A stretch of DNA of 64,000 bases from Magallana gigas. Taxonomy: Eukaryota. The position numbers and the translations under genes were made by a program. The DNA lies in the NCBI RefSeq assembly GCF_963853765.1, contig NC_088859.1, positions 51,274,001 to 51,338,000 of the forward strand, written 5' to 3'. The notes under the pieces were generated by a model, which did no database searches, was not told where the DNA came from, and saw only the letters and a program-made list of their open reading frames with translations. Of the stretch, positions 35,922-47,600 are shown piece by piece (position 1 is the first letter of the stretch; each line of letters opens with the position of its first letter).

Positions 35922-38900
35922 TCAATCTAGCACAGGAATACTGTATGTATCATCTGTTGTTGCTAGGTAACTGACGCCATCTAGAACTGTATGACTGTAG
36001 GTATCGTCTGCTGTGGTGGCAAATCCATGGTTAGTGGCGCCACCTGCGTGATCATAAGTATCGTCTGCCGTGGCAGAGCTTCGATTGTTTGTGGCGCAAT
36101 CTGTGTGACTATAGTAATCGTCTGCAGTGGTGGCGAATCCATGATTTGTGACGCTGCCAGCGTGGGTATAGGTATCCTCTGTGGTATCGGACGCCTTATG
36201 GCTGTTTGCGTCATCAGCGTGGTCGTAGGTATCGTCTGCTTGACCGCCAGTAGGCGTCTGCCATAAATGATCGTACGACAAATCTTCACGAGAATTCTGC
36301 TCTGAATAAGACGGGACAGAATTGGCGTATATGTTAAGGTGAACTTCGTGTTTCTTCTCATTTGCCTCATTAAGACAGTCATAACTGACGTTGTCCTGAC
36401 TTAAGTTCTTGTGTCCTCTTTTCACCGGACTAAGCTCAAAATTACTGTATCCATTGGTTTTGTTTATTTGCTCTTCATTAGAAGACACCCCATCTGACTG
36501 TCTACGGAAGTAATTTTGACCTCTTTTTAATGAGTTTCTTTTTCGTCTTCTGTGAAAAATTCGAACAACATAATGAATTAAAGTTCATCAACAAATTTTG
36601 TCCAACATAAAATTTACTAGTATATAAGGGCTTACCGGGGGAAACGTTTAAAGTATTTTATGAGTGCATCAATGAATTGTTATCTAACCCACCTAAGCAT
36701 AACTTCCACAGATGAAATTACTTCTTGTCAACTTTTTTATCCTTGTTAAAAATAAAACGAAGTACCTTGACTTTATATTACACCTGACAAGCATCCTCCT
36801 ACCTTGTATAAAGTAGGAACAGCCCAATAACGGCTAATAGAGCGGCAATGGTTCCACACACAGCCAATAAGATTTCTCTAAGTTCTACTAAAAAAGATGG
36901 TGTCCATGTTTTGAGATGTACTGAATGATTTATAATATAACCCTTTGTTTATGATAATATGATAATACACGTAAAACATAAGTTATCAAACATTGAAAAA
37001 CTTATATTTAAACTCTAGCAAGCCTCTTCTTATGATTTAGTACAAACAGTGCAGAAAAACGATTTAGTTATTAGATATGTGTAGTAGAATTGACGAGATA
37101 GTTACTTTGGTTATCCTTGTTATTATTTTTTAAAAACGAATTGGATGAGACCGACGATGCTTGATTTGATGTTTGACTTGTTGGCGCCAATGAGCTACTT
37201 GTCGACGCTTGAGTGGTCGGCGCCAATGAGCTTCTTGTCGATGCTTGAGTAGTTGGTGCCAATGAGCTACTTGTCGATGTTTGACTGGTTGGCGCCAATG
37301 AGCTACTTGTTGATGTTTGACTGGTTGGCGCCAATATGGTACTTGTCGACGTTTGATTGAGTGGCGCCAATGAGCTACTGATCGTGGATTTTGTTGTTGT
37401 TTCCGACACGTTCTGAATTTAAAAAAAAGTTTCATTTTAATTGAATTTTTCTCTTGTACAAAATAATCGTTTTTGTTAACAATTATCATACTTAATGATA
37501 TACCAAAGACGCGTTTGGTGCTAACACATTAATTATTTTAAGATACCTGTTCACAAACTGCATTGTTATGGTCAGAACAGGAAGTTAATGAACAGGAGCT
37601 CTGATGACAGGTTTCACATTGCAGTTGTAGAGAGTATGATAAATCTGAAACAAGAGGTAAATTTACATCAAATTTGTTTTCTGCATACAACAAAAATACA
37701 TTAAGTGACAGAACCATACATGTTAGCTACAATAAAATTAAAATTAGGTCTTAGATCCGCTCACGTACGATCACTACACTTGTATAGCGTATCGTAGAGG
37801 AGCGGATTTACAAGTCTAATTTTAATTAGATTGAGTTAGCAATAGATTTTATTTATAAATACGTACCTAACGAAGATGAAGTAAAATTTTGTCTGACTAT
37901 TCCAACCCAAGTGTCAAGACTTCCAGTAGGAATTCCATTACAGGAACTGACTGGATCCATCACGTCGTAATCACCATGTAAATATAGCCCCTCATTTTTA
38001 CAATTCTTGTAACAGGTAATCCAACTCCAGTTTGAGTAATTAGTGTCATTAAGTTCTACAATTTATATCAAACAATTTTTAGCATTGCATTTCACCATTT
38101 TGTCAATACATTAACATTGAACGTGGAACCATAATTTTAGCCAATTTATTCAAGTGAAACCCATTTTCCATTTAAATTGTCAAAATGGATTCAAAGCTTA
38201 TCAAAAACCATATATAAATCTTCAGTTTGCAAGCTTTAGGGCTTGAATTTTGTCGTTATTTGAGGCTGCTAGTGACAAAAGTTACAGTTGTTTCAGTGAT
38301 AAAGCATTCATTTACGGTGATCTCAAACCATTTAACATGAGTCATAGAATATGATGAAACAACACCTCCAATAAGTATGTGGTTAACATTTTGACAAAAC
38401 AGTTTGATTAACTTTAATTCATTTTGTATTTGTTTCAATATTGGTACTTAGTTTGGTAATACTTTTTTATCTGTACAACATCAATTAAAAAGAAAATCAC
38501 CATAAATATTTTAGATAAACAGAGTACTAGTCATCGACAGAAAAACCAGATGGAAAATTGATGTGAAAAGGGAAATGTACATTTATTATACACAATCCGA
38601 AAATGTAAAAGTTTCCTTTCTACCAAGAATTTAAATGTTTTTTTTATGAATTACTTTTTTCATATGCATACAACATTTTGATAATATAATTCAAAGCCAG
38701 TTTTGATTCATCCACTCACACATTCATGCTCACATTCACCCAGATTTGGCAGTGATTGATTGTTTAATAATGAAAAACAATTAATATAAATAATAAAAAA
38801 AGATAAAACAAAAACCGAAAAATCACTGAATTGTATCAAATATATGTTTCCATACAAGCCAGTTGTTGGTAAACTTTTGCATTTGAAATTTCTGACATGA

Positions 38901-41149
38901 AATATATTTTTCAAATTTGTATTTGTGATATAAATAAAATAACAGCCCTGATAGACTAGGCAGTATATCTTTTTTAAAACAGCAAAACAAATATTGTTTT
39001 GTATACAACATTATAAAGTATACGACTTTATTGTCTTTCGACAATTGGAGTTCACCAAATAAGATATTAATAACATGCTTTGGTTGCTCCAAATTGTTGA
39101 TATTTTTTCACAACTTACTAAAACATGTTGGATTGTCTCAACTTCACGTTCACAAAAGGAACAGCAATCAGAAGCTATTTCATTGATTTTTTTCAAATAG
39201 TAATTTACAGGAAGAATTCTATGAAGTAGTCTGTATTGTAACAATTGAATAGATGAGTCATTAGTTGTCTTAAAACATACATTGAAAGCATCATAAATAC
39301 AAATTTCCACCCATATTGTACTAATTCTGAACGTGTTCTTGCTTTTGAAACAAAATTTGAAAAAGAAATAAAACAAATGTGTTTAGGCTGTTATTAAAAG
39401 TTAGGAACGAGTAATTTGGAATAATTTTGACACCGCCGAAAAAGTCCCGTTATGACAAAACAAAAGGCTCGGGAGCCACATCGCTCAAGTGAACAACAAA
39501 TTAAATGACAAGTTGTACCTGTGCCTGGGCGTCTACATTGGCAGTTGACAGTCAAAGTGGAGGATTGCCGATATACAAATTCCCTTGGTGAACATTTCAG
39601 AGCCATGTATGTTGCATTTAGGTCATGCTCGTCAAGAAATACTAAATCTCCTTTTAAAAAAAAGCGTAACAATGTATCATTTTTTGCAACTTGTTTCAAT
39701 CAATATGATCTAATGAAGACATTAGCAAACTGTGGAAAAATGTGACTGAAGGCCTGAACGCAGATTGAAATAAAAGTGAAAGTATTTAACCTGCTTTATA
39801 AACACTGTATGTCCCGGGGCCGCCACAGTCGTTAAGGACCTCGGATGTACTGCAGGATGTATTGCATAAACGTGGATCAATGGCTTCTGTGACGGAAAAT
39901 TGGTCACTTAGACAGACACAGCTGGTGTTCTTAAAGAGTAAAAATAATAGTAAATTTTTTTTACTTTTTATTAGTAAATGTTTTGGTAAATTTTTACAGC
40001 TGATGTTTGCTAAACTGCCTTGATAATTTTCCCATAAATTAAATGATTTTTTTTTTGTAAATTTAAAAGTATGAACTTTGAAAAAATCAGCCTTTTTGTT
40101 CAACAGCGTATGCGCATCGATTGTAAACATTTCAGTATGGCTTTCAGCATAAATTTCGACAGATTTGGCGAAAAAAGATCAAAAGAGATGAATTGAGACA
40201 AAACAGAAGTGCGAACTATAATTTTGTTCAAGAAAATAATGTAAAATGTACTTGTATCATCAATACATTCTTTTATCAAAAGAAAATTATTCACATCAAG
40301 GTCTGCTGAGCATTCCCTTTTCCCTTCCTCGTCAGGTTTTTTAATTCACATAATGTTTTAACAGTTTCTGACGTAATATATAAGGTTAAACTCTAGCACA
40401 AACAGCTCATATAAAATACACTGCTTAACGCATTATATAGTAAAGGAATGTATTCATTATATGCAGAAATGTCATGAAATACCTGAAGTCCAAAGAAAAA
40501 GTAATATGCCATGGAACATGTTTGCTGACACGTGACCACTGACGGAGAGGTCAAGGTCTTTTTCACTGTCTGTGACAGGTCTATCTGAGTCTCTTTAAAG
40601 CACCCTTAATCATAAAGGGTTAAAAAACAGAAAAATATAAATCTTTACACATTCCATTGAATTAATAAGTAAGCTTTTCAAATCATGTAAATTAAACTCT
40701 TTAAACAGCTAGACTTTTTCTGCATGTAGTAATGAAGTATCAGAACATGCTTAAGGTGTAAATTTGTTGTTCTGTACCATCTGACTGTATACCAGCTCAA
40801 GGTATTATTTAGATAAGAACCGTACCGATGACATGAATCCAAGGAGACAATCTCCGTTGCTTTCTTGTCCAGTACCCCTTGCCTTGGTCTGTCTGTGTGG
40901 TTTGTATGGGAGAAGACACAAGAGTGGAGTTTCTTTTCATGCAGTACTGTGCAGCCGCGGTCCAGTTCATGGTCGTATTAGATACAAACATCTCTTGATG
41001 CAAGTCGTTACCTTAAAAAAGGAAATTATTAAACTGAGAAATATTATTATTATTTTTCAGTTAAGAACAACCGATGTCTTCAAATACTTACTTTGAATAT
41101 GATGAATATGCATCCACAAAAACAGAAACATTCTAAAACATAGGTCCAT
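35922..41149 (-). CDS. Receptor copy A: C-type-lectin-like/WSC type I membrane protein, 647 aa, long Tyr-rich tail
   Basis: 10 GT-AG exons, all in phase, 1944 nt: 41149-41092 (signal peptide MDLCFRMFLFLWMHIHHIQS), 41011-40826, 40604-40483, 39929-39791, 39650-39519, 38055-37867, 37644-37547, 37412-37106, 36887-36803 (TM), 36549-35922. WSC pattern GCF...CQQTC...CVCL...CNTSC...CGGPGTYSVY. Confidence 0.85.
37166..37381 (-). repeat. Coding 36-bp tandem repeat (6 x SSSLAPTSQTST-like) in the mucin stalk of copy A
   Basis: LAP recurs every 12 aa in exon 8; ggcgccaatgagct recurs every 36 bp. Confidence 0.9.
38640..39328 (-). mobile_element. 5'-truncated L1/Tx1-type LINE fragment in intron 5 of copy A
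   Basis: QYRLLHRILPVNYYLKKINEIASDCCSFCEREVETIQHVLVSCEKISTIW is the zf-RVT-type C-terminal motif, followed by ILFG...WLVWKHIF. The block is absent at the aligned site in copy B (about 48345-48370). Confidence 0.8.
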
Positions 41150-41167
41150 TTTAATGAACACGTTTAC

Positions 41168-41228
41168 CTTTAAAACTTCCGCCTGTTATCAGGAGATAGG
41201 GATTTTGCGTTTCACCAAAATCGTAAAT
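41168..41228 (-). promoter_or_regulatory. Conserved upstream block of receptor copy A (also at about 50161-50221 for B and 60504-60562 for C)
   Basis: ctttaaaacttccgcctgttatcaggagatagggattttgcgtttcaccaaaatcgtaaa is nearly identical about 20-80 bp upstream of all three ATGs; it contains ETS-like (gcggaagt), GATA-like (gataac) and kB-like (gggatttt) words. Confidence 0.5.
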
Positions 41229-41272
41229 AACGCCAAATTAAACAATAACGACATGAATACATATAGCTTTAA

Positions 41273-41748
41273 AGGGGCATGGTTACGATTTTGGTCAACA
41301 ATCATTTTTTCGATTTTAATATTTACAATGTTTCAGAAAGGCATTTTAAATAGGCAACCGAAATTTGAGTATCATTTGTTAAGTTTAAACGAGTTACAGA
41401 GCTTAAAATTCTTCGCTATGTAAACAGAGCGTTTGTTTACATTTTGAACGGTGAAGTAAAAATTTCAGTTTTAAAACTAAAACGCAAGCAACTGTTTATC
41501 TATGCTTAAAATTGATAAAAAGATAGACAAATAAGCTAGAAAAATATTTACTGGTATATTGAACATATGTAAACAAAAACAGGGCACGAGCCTTTTTTAC
41601 ATGACAAAGAATTGTAAGCCCTGTGTCTTGCTTATATCTCTACGAATGACTCTCAAATTTTATTTGATCATTAGAAATGCATTTATAAAGCACTGTAAAT
41701 AATAAAAACATAAAAACTGAATTTGACCAAAATCGTGACAATGCCCCT
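41273..41748. mobile_element. Non-autonomous Kolobok-like element (476 bp) upstream of copy A
   Basis: TIR aggggcatggttacgattttggtcaa / ttgaccaaaatcgtgacaatgcccct; TTAA TSD (41269-41272, 41749-41752); purine-purine start fits Kolobok rather than piggyBac. Empty site gctttaaaggagtac seen upstream of copy B (about 50259-50273). Confidence 0.85.
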
Positions 41749-43357
41749 TTAAAGGAGTACACATAGTCTATAACCAATGCAAACTTAGTTTTATGTATAC
41801 GTATACAGGAAAACTTTAAAGACATAAGAAGCATTATTTATTGTTCATATCAAATTAATGTCATCAAGATTTTAGGGTTTTTCGACGAAGAGAAATTGCA
41901 TATTTTGTAAAAACAATGGATTTGAATTAAGAAAACCGATGTTTGGTGAATAATACAATAGTTTCACTTTTATTCCTTTGAAATAATTTATATGTAACTA
42001 TCTCAAATTGATGAGTTTCAATTTGGCAATTAAATAAGTTGCTTTGAAAATCAAAGTTTAAAAAGGTTAAATCATAGTTTCAATTGTAATAACGTTTAAT
42101 CCTAGTAAGTAGACTGTGGAATGCAGTTGCATCATATTGTCAATGCCTATGGTTAAGAAATGACCAGTTTATGATATAAACCGAGTGTGATACTAGATGC
42201 TATCCCGGGAATTAAAACCTTACCCATTAATGACACAATGCTAAAAGTTGAACCATAAAGTAGTATTTATATATATATTTTTTCGTATATACTGTGACTG
42301 TCCGGTTTCTTTCTTAATTGCTTTCTTAACCTTTTCATTGGTTATATACCCAGATGAACCTACATAGATTAAGAGAACCCAATAATAATTTTTAACAAAA
42401 TATTTAATAACAAATTTAAGAACACAAATAAAATAAAAATTTAACGGAAAGAAATTATCAAAATAAACTTAACAAAATAAAACAAAATAAAGTTATATAA
42501 TAATGTTTTTTTTTCTAATCCATTTCCGACGCTCGTGGTTTTGAAGAACCTTCAGGCGAGCAAAGTTGTTTCAGTTGAATTATCACATGCTGCACGGGTC
42601 TACCGAGGTTACATAGAACGAAGAATGTTTTCTTTGGTGATGCGAATGACCCACCGCCTGGTTCACGCTGATTGGAAATTTCTTTCAATATACTCAATTT
42701 ACAGAATATGGGTTTCAAGGAACACACATCATATAATTATGAATATCAAACTTTTACAATATTTAGTTATATAATACATCTACATTAATGATAATGAACT
42801 TGTGAAACTGCAAGGAGCACCGGCTGGTATAAAATCACAACTGGATTTTAGAGATGTGCCAAAAGGGCCGCCATAGTTCACCCACTCAATGCAGAACAAT
42901 GGCTTCTTTAAAATATTCCCCAGAAAAAGGAAAGGGCTACTCAAGATAAGCCGGTAATAATTGCGCACCCGAGAACCTTCCTTTCATGACAGCTATTGAG
43001 GTTTTGTAGGGACGGAAAATTTACTATTTATATTGGTTTAAGCATAACAGGAGGTCAAAGGACCTTAATGGTAACCTGAGTATGCTACAATCTTGTTCAT
43101 AAAAATATTCATAATTTACTGATAGAGGAAAATATCATTTAGGGGGAACAGATTTGAGAAGAGATAATTAATTGAGTGAAATATTTGGTATTTCGTTTTT
43201 CTCTTTCTATGTGTGATACAAACCAAACTTTAGTAAATTTAGGAAAGAAACTCTAGACATTATACACAATACGACAGTTTGATCGATCATCTACTGTCTT
43301 TTATCTTGAGATTAAGCGGAATCTTTCAGGTTTTTTTTTTGGGTTTGTTGATATATG

Positions 43358-43360
<3 letters not shown>

Positions 43361-43394
<34 letters not shown>
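43361..43394. repeat. (AT)n microsatellite
   Basis: About 17 AT units. Confidence 0.95.
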
Positions 43395-43397
<3 letters not shown>

Positions 43398-44608
43398 GCG
43401 AAACAAAAGCATTTTATGAATGTTACCCTCGCGAATTAGTTTAAAGCAGTTATTTACTGTTTAGAGATCTTATTGGTGATGTACGGCAATCTTTAGTTGT
43501 GAAGAGGACACCAATGAACCCCCTTGATATATTTTTTTTTAGAATTTTAAATCTTCAAAATAAGTCTGTAGCTGCGCAGTCCGACAGTTGTTCTGAGTGA
43601 TAAAAAGGCATTGTTCTGTTCTTGTATGCAAACTTCTCAAACACAATGACATTTAGAGCTTCATATTTATTGCTTTCTTACCTTTTAGCAACATTTTTGA
43701 CCAGTTTCGGGCGAAAAAAAGCCAGCTCAAGAAATGTTTACATTCTTATCCTCAAATGAACAAAATAACCGAACATCCTCCTTAAAGATATTAATGAGGT
43801 ATTTGTTTCACCTGCCTCAATCGTTCAATCGTTCTAATTGTCCTGTATGCATCATGAAAATCATCAATAAGACTTGAAAAGAAAATTGTGAAGTTTTCAT
43901 TTTTCTGCTAATTTCACTTTGTGAAGCAGATGTAAATGATAATACACACAAAAGACAATATCAGAGAGCAATCATCATAATGGTGTAGCCTTCTACAAAC
44001 ATATTTGATATCGTACTCAGTGTAAATCATCCGTATTTTATTTGTATTTATTCCTGCAAAACTACTAGTCAGACGTTCAGTAAAAAATATTTAAAAAGTG
44101 AACACAATATTTTAAACAGCTTTCATTATTTTACTTGTTTGATAAAAATAAAGTTCGTCAAATGTAATGTTTGAGTATGCATTTGAAAGGGTAAAACATT
44201 TTTACAGCATTTTCTGCAAACTTGCGTATTAAAAAGAGTTTAACTATTACTGTGTGATTACAAAATTAGATGGCTGCAATATTTCCTTTCATGAAAATGT
44301 ATACTGCGTACTCTGAAATTCAAGAGTGATTTTTGAAAAGTAATTAGAGTTTTTGTACTAACTACATGGATTATTTTGTTCAGTTTTATAAGATGAAATA
44401 AGAGAGCAGCTTGCACTATATAGCTCATGAAAGCTCTCGCTGGAACGATTTTACCCTTCCTTGGTAAAAAAAATATGTAGCAAAGCCATCAATCTCATTG
44501 GTGCCCTCTGGACCTTACTCCATGTATCGTCGATTCTAGTCTCAAGTCTAGTCTGTCTCAATGGCCATTTGATCCTACCGACTTGCAGGGTTACCCGACT
44601 CTCTGGCT

Positions 44609-47600
44609 TTATTCTCTTAAAGAGTCATAATGATGTTCATCATGTGAGTAATTTTCATACTTTGTTGTTACCGTTTGAAGCATAATGCAATCGTATTTAT
44701 TGTTTACTTCTCCGTGAGTAACATATTTAACTGCCTGAGAACAAGAAGTAGATGAATCTTTTGCGTTGTTTCTCTTTCGTCTTCTGTAAAATGAAAACAA
44801 GGAACTAAGTTCATGAAAGCAGAATAATTATCACAAAATATAATTGGGAAATGTTAAAAACAATTATGCTAGGATATGACAAACAAATTGGCTGACATTG
44901 GTTTAAGATTTTAGGAGAAACATATTTCGGCAACCAATCGCTTATGTCGAAGAAACTAATGCCAAAAATAAGAGCATTTAATGTTGAGCTTTGTAATTCC
45001 TAAATGGTCTCGAAACATACATGTAGCATTTTCGCCGAAGGAAAAATTTGAGAATAATAATATCTAAGTTTTATTCGTTTCTATTTTATTTCACTGTTTT
45101 ACAGGAATTTACTGGTTGCAGCGATTAATTTACGGGATTAAAATGTGGATTATTATTCAATTTGAAGACTGGTTTGCGGTGAGAAGTATTCGCGAAGACA
45201 AGGGTCTCCAAAATACGCTAGTTGTTTATTTAAGCTAAAATTTAAAGTCATATAATTCATTTGATTTAGGCAGAATTTCTACTGTGGATTTTATGCAGAA
45301 AAATCAAAAACACATATTAAAGTGTAGAAATCAGGTTTAGCTAAATATAATAAATATAGTTTAAACTAAGTTTATTCTACATTTATGTTATTACAAATAT
45401 AGCATGGAATCCGTAATAAATGCTATTTAAATTATAGTTACAGCGAAATCAAACTTAATTTATTTTATCTGCGTAAGCATATATATAAAGAAGAACATCG
45501 GATACAATTTTCATTCATACTAAAATACTTTCATCTTACTTTGCATAAAATACCAGCAGACCAATTGTAGTTGTTATAGCGACAATAATACCACCAAGAG
45601 TGAGCAAGACTTCTTCGAGTTCTACGGAGAAAAAGATATTGCAATTATTTTTGTTTTTGCAGGAAGAAAAAAACAATTTTGTTTATTGCAACAAAACTTT
45701 GATACTCATACCTAACTGATTATTTCAGCCTAGAAAAACATATATGTAATTGAGAATTCTTTATCATGAAAAATATTTCAAAGGTACCCATCTTAGAAAT
45801 ACTAAGAATTAAAGACACTAAAATACACATTTAGTAAAGGGCACAAGAAGTAGAACACATAGATTTCCACAGATACGAAAATTAAGACAGAAGGACTAGA
45901 TTTTTCTTTGACAAACACATTTTGATAACCGACAGAATTAAACACCAAATGTATACAGGCTGGAAGATGCATTCCATATTTGATAATATACTCCTCCTTG
46001 TCTTTTGATAAGATAGCAATATGTTTATCAAAACATTTTACTTTTTTAAAACTCTCTTCTACATGACAAACAATGCAGAAAACGATTTAGTTATAAATAT
46101 TAAGTTGAAATGACAAAAGAATTACTTTGCTTATCACCGTTTTTGTAATTATTATATGGATTGAAGGAAACTGATGGTTCTTTGTTTGATATTTGAGTGG
46201 TATGAGCTAATGAGATTCTTGTCGTGAGTTTTGTTGGTTCTAACAAGCTCTGAAATTAAAATAAATGTTAAAACACTAGCAATATTTTGCTTTATAAAAA
46301 AGTGAAATTTTCATTTCTTGAAAAAAATAACCAATTCTTCACAAATAGGAATTTATGCTCAATAATATTCTAAAGAAGAATTTGGATACTAAGACATCTA
46401 ATGTATTAAATCAACCTGTTCACAGAGTGCGTGGTTATGGTCAGAACAAGATGTAAATGAACAGAAGCTCTGATGACATGTTTCACATTGCAATTGCAAA
46501 GAGTACGATAAATCTGAAACAAGAGGTAAGTATGTATCAAATTGTTTTCTAAATACATCAAAAATACATTTAAGTGGCAAAACCATACATGTTAGCTGAC
46601 ATGTTAACTGATTTTATTTATACGTACCTAATGAAAATGAAGTGAAATTTTGTCTGGCTATTCCAACCCAAGTGTCAAGATTTCCTGTCTGAGTTCCATA
46701 ACAGGCACTAACTGGATCCACCACGTCGTAATCCCCATGTAAATATTGTCCCTCTTTTTTACAATTCTTGTAACAGTCTTTCCAATTCAAGTTTGAGTAA
46801 TTAGTGTCATTAAGCTCTACAATGTACATCAAATAATATTTCAGCGTTGCATTTACTGATGATTCGATACATTAACATTTAACGTGGAACAGTAATTTCT
46901 TTAGTTTAGTTTGCTAGCTTTAGAGCTTAAATGTTTTTGAAACGTTTTTTGAGGCTGCTAGTGACAAAGGTTGCAGTGTTTCAGTGACAAAGAATTCATT
47001 TGCAGTTATCTCATTCTATTCACTTTATATGAATTTCAAAAAATGATGAAACAAGAGGTCCATGGGCGACATCGCTCACCGGAGAAATAATAGGTATGAT
47101 AAAATCAGCTGAATACAGTCATAATACAAGCTATCTGGATAATTTACAATAATACATGCATATCCTGAATAAATAAAATCAATTCTTCTGAATATTTTAA
47201 TGGTTATTATCATTAGTCCATATTCTAACAGAATTACCTTATAGTAATATCACATGAATACCATTTCCTACCCTGGATATTATAATGTTTATAATCATTG
47301 GTACTTTTCTAACAGGATGATTTACAGTCATTTACAGTCATATCACATGTTGAGTATTGCAGTTATCAAAAAGATCCATAACAATTGTTTATATAATGGA
47401 AATAAACCTTAAATCAAACTCTGAACCCTTTGTGAGGCCGAAGAATTGTCCAGGGACTAAAGAAAGTCTTAACAATGATAAAGAAACACCTGGCTGATTA
47501 GTTCCTTAGATAAAGAATTTCAGGATTTACTGTACATATTCCTATGTAAAACTTCGACCCAATGTGCCGCCTTCCCCAAGGTGTCATGATATTTACAACA

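Noticed and set aside
38250-38340. Extra S/T-rich exon between exons 5 and 6 (similar text in B near 46940-47010)
   Set aside because: The frame is not preserved between copies, there is an in-frame stop and no usable donor; exons 5 and 6 already join in phase.
44609-44783. ITAM in the B/C tails
   Set aside because: YDCI and YDSL are 18 residues apart, far beyond the 6-12 spacing of ITAMs, and the TM segments have no charged residue for an adaptor.
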